Assembly: GCA_030549845.1 (NCBI GenBank)
Contig: JAUQQN010000008.1
Coordinates: forward strand, 1-20,696
Source: Patescibacteria group bacterium
GTDB taxonomy: Bacteria; Patescibacteriota; Minisyncoccia; UBA6257; HR35
DNA length: 20,696 nt
Direction: 5' to 3'
A program made the translations under genes and the position numbers. How positions within the stretch are numbered: the stretch's first letter is position 1; each line of letters opens with the position of its first letter. The notes beneath the pieces are model-generated. The model made no database searches and was not told the origin of the DNA. It worked only from the letters and a program-made list of their open reading frames with translations. This document shows, piece after piece, positions 7,394-15,155 of this stretch.

Positions 7394-8962
7394 ATGAAAA
7401 GGAGAACCCTTATAATTCTTTTTAAATTATTAACTCAAATTCCTAAGAGTATATGGTTTTTAATTTCTTTAGGAATATTTTTAAGTCTAATTTTATTATG
7501 GTATTCTGTCTTGTTATTTTTTAATACTTTATTTGAAAAAGTACCAGCATATGGTGGTTTTTTGCAAGAAGGTTTTTATCAAAATATAGATACCTTAAAT
7601 CCATTCTTAGCAGAAAAAATATCTGAAAAAACTTTAGTTAATTTAATGTACGATAGTTTAGTAAGACCTGATGGGAAGGGGAGTTATGAATATGAAATAG
7701 CAAAGAAAATTACAAAAATTGACAATGGGCTTGGTTATGAAATTGAGATTAAGGATGGTTATTGGAGTGATGGAAGTAAAATTAGTGTGGATGATATAAT
7801 TATGACTTTTAATTACATAAAAAAATACACGACTGGAGAGCTTTATGAAATGTTTAAAGATGTAAATTTTGAAAAAATTGACAATTACAGGATAAAAGCT
7901 ACTTTGCCAGTAAAAGACAATTATTTTATTCAAAAACTCTCTTTTGTAAAAATTATCCCATATAAATTATGGAGTAAATATGATCCCTCAGAATGGAAAA
8001 GCAAAGAAGAGGAATTAATTAAGGTATCAAGTGGCCCATTTATTTTTAATAAAAAATATACAAAAAACAGCATTCAAATTTTTGAATTTATTAGAAATCC
8101 ATATTATTATCCTGCCCCATATTTAGATAAGGTTATTATTTTTGTTTACCCTGATTTAAATAAAGCTTATGAAGCTTTAAAAGCAAAAGAAATTAATGCT
8201 TTAGGTGGAATAAGGCCTTCTTATATACTTTCTATCTCTCAAAGATATTTTTCATTATATAATTTGATTTTCCCGCGAAATATAGGGATTTTTTTTAATT
8301 CTACAAAGTTTAAATCATTTGAGAAAATAAATAGCTTTAAAAAAGCTTTAGATAGAACAAATTTAACCAAAGAAGTTTTTGAAGATTTTGCAGAACCATC
8401 TTATGGAATTTTGTCTCCTTCAATATTGGAAAGATTTAATTTAAAAGAAGAGTTTAAAAAAGAAGAAATATCAAATTTAAATTTCTCAGATATAACTTTA
8501 ATAGTACCAGATAATTTCTTTTTCCAAAAAATAGGTGATTATTTAGTCAAAAATTACAAGTTTAAGGTAAAATTAGAACCAACTGAAAATTTGATAAATT
8601 CTATTATTCCTTCAAAAGAATATGACGCTATTTTATTTGGAATATCCTATAATTTACTCCCTGATTTCAGTTTTCTATTCGATAAAAATTCGAATCTTAA
8701 TTTAACATTAACTGACGATGTCGAAATTCAAAAAACAATTCAAGAATTAAAAACTGGAGATGAAAGTAAGTTTAGTGAAAATCTGAAAAAACTTTACGAT
8801 AAAATAAACGAAAAAGCTCCTATCGTTTTTATAGCAAATAATTTTTATCCTTATATATTGCCCAAAAATTTAAAAGGTTTTAATATAAAATATTTAAATA
8901 ATCCAGCAGAAAGATTTGTTAAAATTGAAGAATGGTATCTTAAAGAGAAAATAAAATGGTAA
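7394..8962 (+). CDS. Family-5 (peptide/nickel type) ABC-transporter solute-binding protein homolog with an N-terminal membrane anchor
   Basis: LVRPDGKGSYEYEIAKKITKIDNGLGYEIEIKDGYWSDGSKISVDDIIMTF matches the SBP_bac_5 N-lobe pattern (LvR.d..g...LA.sw..s.dg.tytf.lr.g.kfsDG.p.ta.Dv). There is an N-terminal TM segment (IWFLISLGIFLSLILLWYSVLLFF). No permease or ATPase gene is adjacent. Confidence 0.7.
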   Translation: MKRRTLIILFKLLTQIPKSIWFLISLGIFLSLILLWYSVLLFFNTLFEKVPAYGGFLQEGFYQNIDTLNPFLAEKISEKTLVNLMYDSLVRPDGKGSYEYEIAKKITKIDNGLGYEIEIKDGYWSDGSKISVDDIIMTFNYIKKYTTGELYEMFKDVNFEKIDNYRIKATLPVKDNYFIQKLSFVKIIPYKLWSKYDPSEWKSKEEELIKVSSGPFIFNKKYTKNSIQIFEFIRNPYYYPAPYLDKVIIFVYPDLNKAYEALKAKEINALGGIRPSYILSISQRYFSLYNLIFPRNIGIFFNSTKFKSFEKINSFKKALDRTNLTKEVFEDFAEPSYGILSPSILERFNLKEEFKKEEISNLNFSDITLIVPDNFFFQKIGDYLVKNYKFKVKLEPTENLINSIIPSKEYDAILFGISYNLLPDFSFLFDKNSNLNLTLTDDVEIQKTIQELKTGDESKFSENLKKLYDKINEKAPIVFIANNFYPYILPKNLKGFNIKYLNNPAERFVKIEEWYLKEKIKW

Positions 8963-10293
8963 AATTTAATCTTTTTCAAAGTAAATATTATGCAATAATA
9001 ATCTCTCCCGATAAAATTTCTTTTTTGGTCTTATCAGCTTTCAAAGGCACAGTTGTTCCTATAACCAAATATGAAGAAGAAGCAAAAATATATGTAGAAG
9101 GAGAGATAGATAGAGAAACCTTAAATAAGGTACTAATTAGAATCAAAAAAAAATTAGGTTTAGATCAAAAAGAAATACAAGCTTTTGTTATTTTGAATCT
9201 TCCTATATTATTTATCCAAAGATTTTTGTTTTATCCTTATGAAACCGGTGCCCTAAGAGAAACAATAGAAACTAAAATAAAACAATTAATCCCCATCAAC
9301 TTAAATAAATATTTATGGGAATATACTATACCTCCCCTACAGAAAAATTTCGTATACGTTTCTTTCTATAATAAAGACAACATATCTGAAATAACTTATG
9401 CTTTATTAAGTTCAAAAATTTTACCAGTTAAGATGATTCATATGCTTCATTCAATATTTGATTTTATTAAAAATAACTTTTCTCTTTATTATGAAAATCA
9501 TTATCAAATCTACATAGTATACCAAAATATTTTGACCTCAGCTTTATATGAGGCTGGTATGCTAAGAAATATTTATACAGAAAGCCTAACGTCAAATATA
9601 AATGATGTTTTGAAAAGGTTAATTTTAAATAACGTTAAAGATTCAAGCCTTCCACTTGATATTATTTATTTGATTTCTGATATTGATTTTGAAATAAGCG
9701 AAGAATTAAAAAATCAATACAAAATAGTAAATATCAAGGAAATTACACATTTAAATCCAGAAGAGATTGTGTCTATCAATGTTATTTGGAATTTTTTGTT
9801 TAAAAAAGAATCACCCTTATATGAACTTAAGATAGTGGATTTAAATAAAGAACTTTTGGCGTATGAGTTAATAAATAGTTTGAAAATTCTTTGTGTATCT
9901 GCATTGATTTTATTTTTAATTATAAATTCTGCAGTTTTCGCTATTACTAAAATATTGGAAAATTCTAACAAAAATATTAAAAATCAACAAAAAATCACTG
10001 CTACTTCAGAATATTTTTCTTCTATTGAAGAAATTAATCAACTTGTCAGCTTTTTGGCCCAACTTAAAGAAACAAAAGAAAAAAATATTGATAAAATTGA
10101 AAAAATTTATTATAATTTAAGGGATTACAATATAAATCAAGGATTTTTTACCAAAGGAAGTGCTAAGCTGATTATCGAAATTCAAGATCCTAACAAAAGA
10201 GAAGAGATTAAAAACAAAATTCAATCTTTATATCCCCAAGCACAAATTAATCCACTTTTTAATGGGTTGGAAATTAATTTAAACAATTATTAA
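8956..10293 (+). CDS. Hypothetical bitopic membrane protein. Possibly a PilM-like (actin-fold) cytoplasmic domain fused to a PilN-like TM plus extracytoplasmic domain.
   Basis: Long ORF with a 7-nt overlap (ATGGTAA) with the upstream gene. It has one clear TM helix near residues 310-332 (ILCVSALILFLIINSAVFAITKI). The N-terminal ~300 aa loosely follow the PilM/FtsA-like pattern from memory. The functional call is weak, although the CDS itself is solid. Confidence 0.5.
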   Translation: MVKFNLFQSKYYAIIISPDKISFLVLSAFKGTVVPITKYEEEAKIYVEGEIDRETLNKVLIRIKKKLGLDQKEIQAFVILNLPILFIQRFLFYPYETGALRETIETKIKQLIPINLNKYLWEYTIPPLQKNFVYVSFYNKDNISEITYALLSSKILPVKMIHMLHSIFDFIKNNFSLYYENHYQIYIVYQNILTSALYEAGMLRNIYTESLTSNINDVLKRLILNNVKDSSLPLDIIYLISDIDFEISEELKNQYKIVNIKEITHLNPEEIVSINVIWNFLFKKESPLYELKIVDLNKELLAYELINSLKILCVSALILFLIINSAVFAITKILENSNKNIKNQQKITATSEYFSSIEEINQLVSFLAQLKETKEKNIDKIEKIYYNLRDYNINQGFFTKGSAKLIIEIQDPNKREEIKNKIQSLYPQAQINPLFNGLEINLNNY

Positions 10294-10294
10294 A

Positions 10295-10486
10295 ATGACA
10301 AAAATATGCTCACTTTGTGGCAAAGGTAGGTTTAAAGTAGGTAGAAGAATAAAAACTCGTAGTAAATATAATCCAACGCATACTTATTTTCAAAAACCAA
10401 ATCTTCAATGGTTTACTCTTAAAAATGGAAAACGAATAAAAATCTGTACTAAGTGCAGAAAAAAACTTATAAAAGAAGGGCTTTAG
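10295..10486 (+). CDS. rpmB: 50S ribosomal protein bL28
   Basis: 63 aa. The pattern MTKICSLCGKG...G.R...S......F.KPNLQ matches bL28 (C..CGK, PNLQ). Confidence 0.85.
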   Translation: MTKICSLCGKGRFKVGRRIKTRSKYNPTHTYFQKPNLQWFTLKNGKRIKICTKCRKKLIKEGL

Positions 10487-10518
10487 TTTGTGTTTTATAT
10501 TCTTTAAATTAAAGGTAT

Positions 10519-11349
10519 TTAAATAGAAAAACCTTCTTCTTCCTCTATTGTTGCAGCTAAAACTGCTTGAGGATTTTCTGCGGCCTCCTGTAAGTTACTT
10601 ATAATTTCATCAAATAAATCATCAAATTCAGTTGGCAATCTTTTTCTTTTGTAGGGATTTGCCCATGAAATGATTTGGGTATATAAATAGGGATGCCATT
10701 TACCCATTTCTTTAATTTTTTGAGCTATATCACGCACCAGTCCATTGGCAACTAATACTTTTTCTGCTCTTTTTTCACGAGTAGCTAGTGCTTCGGTTAA
10801 ATTCATATCTAAGAAAAAGTCACATTTTTTGAGTATTGGTTCAAAAGAGCTACCTGAAAGTTTTTCTGCTTTTTCGTATGCAATTCCTAAGGTGACATAA
10901 TATGCCTGTTCAATAGAATCAACAATTTCTGGATCAGATTCAAGCATTTCGGGTCTAGTTTCTAAGTATTCTCTATAAACAGCTATAGCTACATAAGCTT
11001 TCTCTCTTATATTCAATTCTTTTTCTATATTAAAATTCATCATCAATTGTGCTAATCTTTGGGGAACCACAATTACAGGTAATTCTTTTATGCCCAATTC
11101 TTTTGCAGCTAAAAATCGATGCTGTCCGTCTATAATTACAAGCTTATTTTTGTCTTCAGGGCTTTCTACTGTAATTACAGGCACCAAAAAACCTATTCTT
11201 TCCATTGAGTTTATTAAATGCTTTACATGATATTGACTTGGCTTTCTTTGATGACTAATAACTTCCAAATTTTCAATAGGAACTATTTTTATAGTCAAAT
11301 CATTCCCTTTATATGGATCTTTGAATTTAAATTGTTTTGCTTTAGCCAT
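10519..11349 (-). CDS. ParB/sulfiredoxin-fold (ParB N-terminal-like) protein with a DGQHR motif. It is not a canonical Spo0J/ParB.
   Basis: IVPIENLEVISHQRKPSQYHVKHLINSMERIGFLVPVITV...LVIIDGQHRFLAAKELGIKELPVIVV follows the ParB N-domain layout. It carries DGQHR where partition ParBs have GERR. The C-terminus is helical with an acidic tail (TIEEEEGFSI), and no clear HTH was recognised by eye. Confidence 0.65.
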   Translation of the reverse strand: MAKAKQFKFKDPYKGNDLTIKIVPIENLEVISHQRKPSQYHVKHLINSMERIGFLVPVITVESPEDKNKLVIIDGQHRFLAAKELGIKELPVIVVPQRLAQLMMNFNIEKELNIREKAYVAIAVYREYLETRPEMLESDPEIVDSIEQAYYVTLGIAYEKAEKLSGSSFEPILKKCDFFLDMNLTEALATREKRAEKVLVANGLVRDIAQKIKEMGKWHPYLYTQIISWANPYKRKRLPTEFDDLFDEIISNLQEAAENPQAVLAATIEEEEGFSI

Positions 11350-11354
11350 GTCTT

Positions 11355-11383
11355 TTGTTGCTCTTTCAATTCGACCCTATAAT
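11355..11383 (+). promoter_or_regulatory. Candidate reverse gyrase promoter: TTGTTG (11355-11360), 17-nt spacer, TATAAT (11378-11383)
   Basis: Read directly from the sequence. It lies in the 101-bp divergent intergenic region, and the AT-rich context yields several alternative TATAAT boxes (11395-11400, 11401-11406). Confidence 0.3.
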
Positions 11384-11395
11384 TATTTACTAAAT
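11384..11395 (+). repeat. Copy 1 of the exact 12-nt direct repeat TATTTACTAAAT
   Basis: An identical 12-mer recurs at 11441-11452, 57 nt away. Copy 1 abuts the candidate -10 box. Confidence 0.6.
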
Positions 11396-11440
11396 ATAAT
11401 TATAATTTAAAATTAATTTGAAATAAAATTGCATTTAAAA

Positions 11441-11452
11441 TATTTACTAAAT
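11441..11452 (+). repeat. Copy 2 of the exact 12-nt direct repeat TATTTACTAAAT, overlapping the reverse gyrase ATG (11451)
   Basis: Identical to 11384-11395. Extending the comparison gives aaNtatttactaaat, 14/15 identical. Confidence 0.6.
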
Positions 11453-14400
11453 GGAAAAAGATTTAAATATAGAATATTTAAAAATTTGTCCAATTGATAA
11501 AAGGCCAGCTTCTTGGAAAGAGATTTTAAATTATGAAGAATGTGAAAAAGATTACTTGTTACATAAAGAAAAGTTTAGTAATTTAATAAAAAGAGGAAAT
11601 TGCAAGGGATTAAAAGATGCTGAAATTTTATGCAAAGTTGAAAACTTACTTCGAGAATATGAAGTTTTCTTTAAAGAATTAACAGGTTTCTCGCTTTTTT
11701 CATTACAGAAGTACTGGGCTAAAAGATTCTTGTTAGGTGAAAGTTTTTCAATAATAGCACCTACTGGTTTTGGTAAAACAACTTTTGGGATTACGTTTTC
11801 ATTATTTTTGATTTCAAAATTAGGCTTTAAAAAGATTTATTATATAGTACCAACCAAAGTACTATTAGATGAGATTCATAATAAATTTGAGATTTATAAT
11901 AAGAATTTAAACTTAAAAATCTTAGCAATCAAAAAAACAAAAAATAAAGAAAAAATAAAAGAAGGTTTTGATATTTTAATTACAACTTCTCAATTTCTTC
12001 ATAAAAATTTTGAGATCCTCCCAAAAGATTTTCGTTTCTTATTTATAGATGATGCAGACTCAATGATAAGGCAACCAAGAAATATTGATAAAGTTTTAAT
12101 GTTAATAGGTTTTACCGAAAAAGATATCAATAAAGCCTTAGAAATAATAACTAAAAAAAGAAAAGGAGATTTTGGAGAAATAGAAAAGATACAAAAAGAA
12201 ATAGATTTAGAAAATAAAGGTCAAATCATAGCAGCTTCAGCAACTCTCGTCCCCAAGACTAAAAGGATAAATCTATTTAAAGAACTTTTAAATTTTGAAA
12301 TTGGTCTATCATCCACATTTTTAAGAAACATCGAAGATATTTATATTGATCTAAGCAATTCTAATTTAGAAAAATTATTTGAGAGGTCAGTAGAATTAAT
12401 TAAAAAACTCGGAGATGGTGGTTTAGTATTTTTAGCGGATGATTTATCAAAAAATGAATTAGAAAATTATATAAATTTCTTGCAAAGACAAGGTATTAAT
12501 GCAATTTCTTATGAAAAGTTTAATTCTAAAAACAGAGAATTGTTTGAAAAAGGTGAAATTCAAATAATAGTGGGCTTTTCAAATACAAGAAATCCTCTTA
12601 CTAGAGGAATAGATATACCCCATGTTATTAGGTATGCAATTTTTTTAGGAGTCCCTAAATTTAAATTACCTCTTCGCGTTACCTATAGCCCAAGAAATTT
12701 GTTTATCCTTTTATTAAGCTTACAAAAATTATTAAAAGAACATGATCTTGAGATTGATTTAATTAAAGAAATGGTATTTTTAAGAAAATATAGTTTTATG
12801 AAAGAAGAAGATGTTTTAAAAAATGAAAATCTCAAAAATAGGATTGAAAAAATTAAAAATATCCTGGAAAAATGTTTAGGTGATAATGAATTCATCGAAA
12901 AAATAAAAAGAGATCCAGACATTACTTTGTTAATTGAAGGTAGTAATTACTTCATTTTAGTGCCCGATCCACGAGGTTATATTCAAGCTTCTGGGAGAAC
13001 TTCAAGGTTATATCCATTAGGTTTAACCCAAGGTTTAAGTATATTGTTGGTTGAAAATGAAAAACTTTTTGAAAATCTCAAGAAAAAACTTAGAATTATA
13101 GGATATAAGATAGATTTTAAAAACTATCAACATTTTGAAAACGAATTAGGTAATCTTGTTAAAAAAATTAATGAAGATAGGGAAATTGTAAAAAGAATTT
13201 TCAAGGGAGAAATATTAGAAGTCAAGGATCCTGTTAAAACATGTTTAATAATAGTTGAATCACCCACAAAAGCAAGAACTATATCTAATTTTTTTGGAAA
13301 ACCAGCAAGAAGATTTTATAAAAATTTTCCAGTTTATGAGGTAAGTATAGGTGATTATATTATCAATATTACAGCAACTATGGGACATTTTGTTGATCTT
13401 GTTTATAACCAAGGATTTTATGGTGTAAAAAAGTTAAATAATGAGATTATACCTGTCTTTGAACCATTAAAAATTTGTAAAGTTTGCAAAAGGCATGTTA
13501 GCATAACACAAGATAAGTGTGAAGTTTGTGGTAATACAGATTTTTTTAATAAAGAAGATTTAATAGAATTTTTAAGAAAATTAGCAAGTGAAACGCAGGA
13601 AATTTATTTAGCATCCGACCCAGATACAGAAGGTGAAAAGATTGCTTTTGATCTGTTTGCTTTTTTATACCCCTATAACAAAAATATTAAAAGATTGAGA
13701 TTACATGAAATTACAAAAGAAGAATTTTTAAGAAAATTTAAAGCACCAGAAGAATTAAATATAAACCTTGTAAAAGCGCAACTTACTCGAAGAATCGCAG
13801 ATAGATGGGTAGGTTTTTATCTAAGCGAAGATTTACAAAAACATTTCAAAAACTTAAATTTATCTGCTGGAAGAGTTCAAACACCTGTTTTAGGGTGGAT
13901 TATTAACAATCAGGAAAAAAGAAAAAAAGAAAAATTTTATTTAATAAGAGCTGAATTAGAAAATGGCTTTTATGTTGAATTTAGTACTGAAGATAAAAAT
14001 TTAGTTAATTCAATAAGAAAAAGAAATGGGAATTTATTTGTAAAAATTGAAGAAATTGCTGAAGAAGAAAAAGAGATAACACCACAACCTCCATTTCAAA
14101 CAAGCGATTTACTAAAAACTGCCTGGGATCATCTAAAATTTGATGTTGCAACTACAATGAAATTAGCCCAAGATTTGTTCGAAAGAGGTTTGATTACTTA
14201 TCATAGAACAGATTCTTATTATGTTTCAGATTTAGGAAGGGAAATAGCAAGAGAATATTTGGAAAAAAATGATTTTAAAGATTTGATTTATACGAGAGCT
14301 TGGGAACAGCCTGGCACACATGAATGTATTAGACCAACTAAACCATTAACTCCTGAAGAAATTGTTGAACAAAGTTTATTAAGTCAACAAGAGTTACTTT

Positions 14401-14981
14401 CAAGAAAACATTTGAGATTATATGAATTAATTTTTAATAGGTTTATGGCTTCACAGATGAAACATTGTAAAGTTAAAAATAAAATTTATAAAATCAATCT
14501 AATATTAAATAATGAAGAAATTCTTGAAACTAAAAATGAATTTTTAGTAGAAATAATTGAAGAAGGATTTAATAAATTAGCTAAATCTTTAAAGCAAATT
14601 AGCTTAGAGAATGGTCTCTTTAAAGTAGAAAATTTGAATATCTTAAGGCTTTCTAAAATAGCACCTTACACCCAAGCAATTTTAATTGAAGAAATGAAGC
14701 AAAAGGGATTAGGCAGGCCTTCTACTTATGCAGTTATTATAGAGACATTATTAGAAAGAAAATATGTGTTAATAAACAAAGGATACATTATCCCAACAAA
14801 AAATGGGAAATTAATCTATGATTATTTAATTCAAAAATATTCTGACTTTATTTCAGAAGAATTTACAAAAGAACTTGAGGAAAAAATGGATAAAATTGAA
14901 AATCAAGAAATTGATTATCAAAAAGTTTTAATAGATTTATTTGATAAAATATTTAATAGGAGGGGTGGCAGAATTGGCTAA
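11451..14981 (+). CDS. rgy: Reverse gyrase (SF2 helicase-like domain fused to a type IA topoisomerase)
   Basis: Helicase motifs APTGFGKTTFG, FIDDADSMIRQPRNIDKVL, AASATL and YIQASGRTSR. Topoisomerase motifs LIIVESPTKA (TOPRIM Glu), LASDPDTEGEKIA, LSAGRVQTPVLGWI, ITYHRTDS (catalytic Tyr), HECIRPTKP, KHLRLYELIFNRFMASQ and GLGRPSTYA. There is an internal zinc finger, CKVC-x10-CEVC. It is collinear with the Thermotoga-type enzyme as I recall it. Confidence 0.92.
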   Translation: MEKDLNIEYLKICPIDKRPASWKEILNYEECEKDYLLHKEKFSNLIKRGNCKGLKDAEILCKVENLLREYEVFFKELTGFSLFSLQKYWAKRFLLGESFSIIAPTGFGKTTFGITFSLFLISKLGFKKIYYIVPTKVLLDEIHNKFEIYNKNLNLKILAIKKTKNKEKIKEGFDILITTSQFLHKNFEILPKDFRFLFIDDADSMIRQPRNIDKVLMLIGFTEKDINKALEIITKKRKGDFGEIEKIQKEIDLENKGQIIAASATLVPKTKRINLFKELLNFEIGLSSTFLRNIEDIYIDLSNSNLEKLFERSVELIKKLGDGGLVFLADDLSKNELENYINFLQRQGINAISYEKFNSKNRELFEKGEIQIIVGFSNTRNPLTRGIDIPHVIRYAIFLGVPKFKLPLRVTYSPRNLFILLLSLQKLLKEHDLEIDLIKEMVFLRKYSFMKEEDVLKNENLKNRIEKIKNILEKCLGDNEFIEKIKRDPDITLLIEGSNYFILVPDPRGYIQASGRTSRLYPLGLTQGLSILLVENEKLFENLKKKLRIIGYKIDFKNYQHFENELGNLVKKINEDREIVKRIFKGEILEVKDPVKTCLIIVESPTKARTISNFFGKPARRFYKNFPVYEVSIGDYIINITATMGHFVDLVYNQGFYGVKKLNNEIIPVFEPLKICKVCKRHVSITQDKCEVCGNTDFFNKEDLIEFLRKLASETQEIYLASDPDTEGEKIAFDLFAFLYPYNKNIKRLRLHEITKEEFLRKFKAPEELNINLVKAQLTRRIADRWVGFYLSEDLQKHFKNLNLSAGRVQTPVLGWIINNQEKRKKEKFYLIRAELENGFYVEFSTEDKNLVNSIRKRNGNLFVKIEEIAEEEKEITPQPPFQTSDLLKTAWDHLKFDVATTMKLAQDLFERGLITYHRTDSYYVSDLGREIAREYLEKNDFKDLIYTRAWEQPGTHECIRPTKPLTPEEIVEQSLLSQQELLSRKHLRLYELIFNRFMASQMKHCKVKNKIYKINLILNNEEILETKNEFLVEIIEEGFNKLAKSLKQISLENGLFKVENLNILRLSKIAPYTQAILIEEMKQKGLGRPSTYAVIIETLLERKYVLINKGYIIPTKNGKLIYDYLIQKYSDFISEEFTKELEEKMDKIENQEIDYQKVLIDLFDKIFNRRGGRIG

Positions 14982-15044
14982 TGCGCCGGTCTTGAAAACC
15001 GGTGGCCCTTAGTGGCCTTGTGGGTTCGAGTCCCACCCCCTCCG
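14959..15044 (+). tRNA. tRNA-Ser (anticodon UGA), class II with a long variable arm and no encoded CCA
   Basis: Hand-folded cloverleaf: acceptor GGAGGGG/CCCCTCC, anticodon stem CCGGT/ACCGG with loop CTTGAAA (UGA). The variable arm is GGCC-CTTAGT-GGCC, the T arm is GTGGG-TTCGAGT-CCCAC and the discriminator is G. GC is 54/86 by hand count. Confidence 0.9.
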
Positions 15045-15097
15045 CAATTTTTATGCGGCTGTAAGAAATATAAGAAATTAATATAATAATTTTCGCC

Positions 15098-15125
15098 TTT
15101 TTCTATCCACAATTTTAATTTGCTT
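15098..15125 (+). promoter_or_regulatory. Shared upstream element, copy 1: TTTTTCTATCCACAATT followed 5 nt later by a -35-like TTGCTT. It lies 42 nt upstream of the 15156 ATG.
   Basis: The 11-mer TATCCACAATT (15104-15114) is identical to 20410-20420. Both copies are preceded by AATTTTC...TCTATCC and followed by TTGCTT. Confidence 0.45.
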
Positions 15126-15155
15126 TTTTTGATTTTATTTTAAAATTTTTATAAA

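Noticed and set aside
7658-7933. 91-aa minus-strand ORF inside the solute-binding protein gene
   Set aside because: It is an antisense shadow ORF with an F/I/N-rich low-complexity translation.
9714-9971. 85-aa minus-strand ORF inside the PilM/N-like gene
   Set aside because: It is an antisense shadow ORF. The sense frame is far longer and is coupled to its neighbours.
11395-11418. Perfect AT-only palindromes (tataattata and aaattaattt) in the parB-like/rgy intergenic region
   Set aside because: These are low-complexity A/T palindromes expected by chance in DNA of this composition. Only the 12-nt direct repeat containing a C was kept.
12683-12922. 79-aa minus-strand ORF inside reverse gyrase
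   Set aside because: It is antisense to a gene with unambiguous family motifs, and its translation is low-complexity.
15042-15058. Small hairpin CCGCA-attttta-TGCGG overlapping the tRNA 3' end, considered as a terminator
   Set aside because: The stem is only 5 bp, it borrows the tRNA acceptor/discriminator bases, and no T-run follows.
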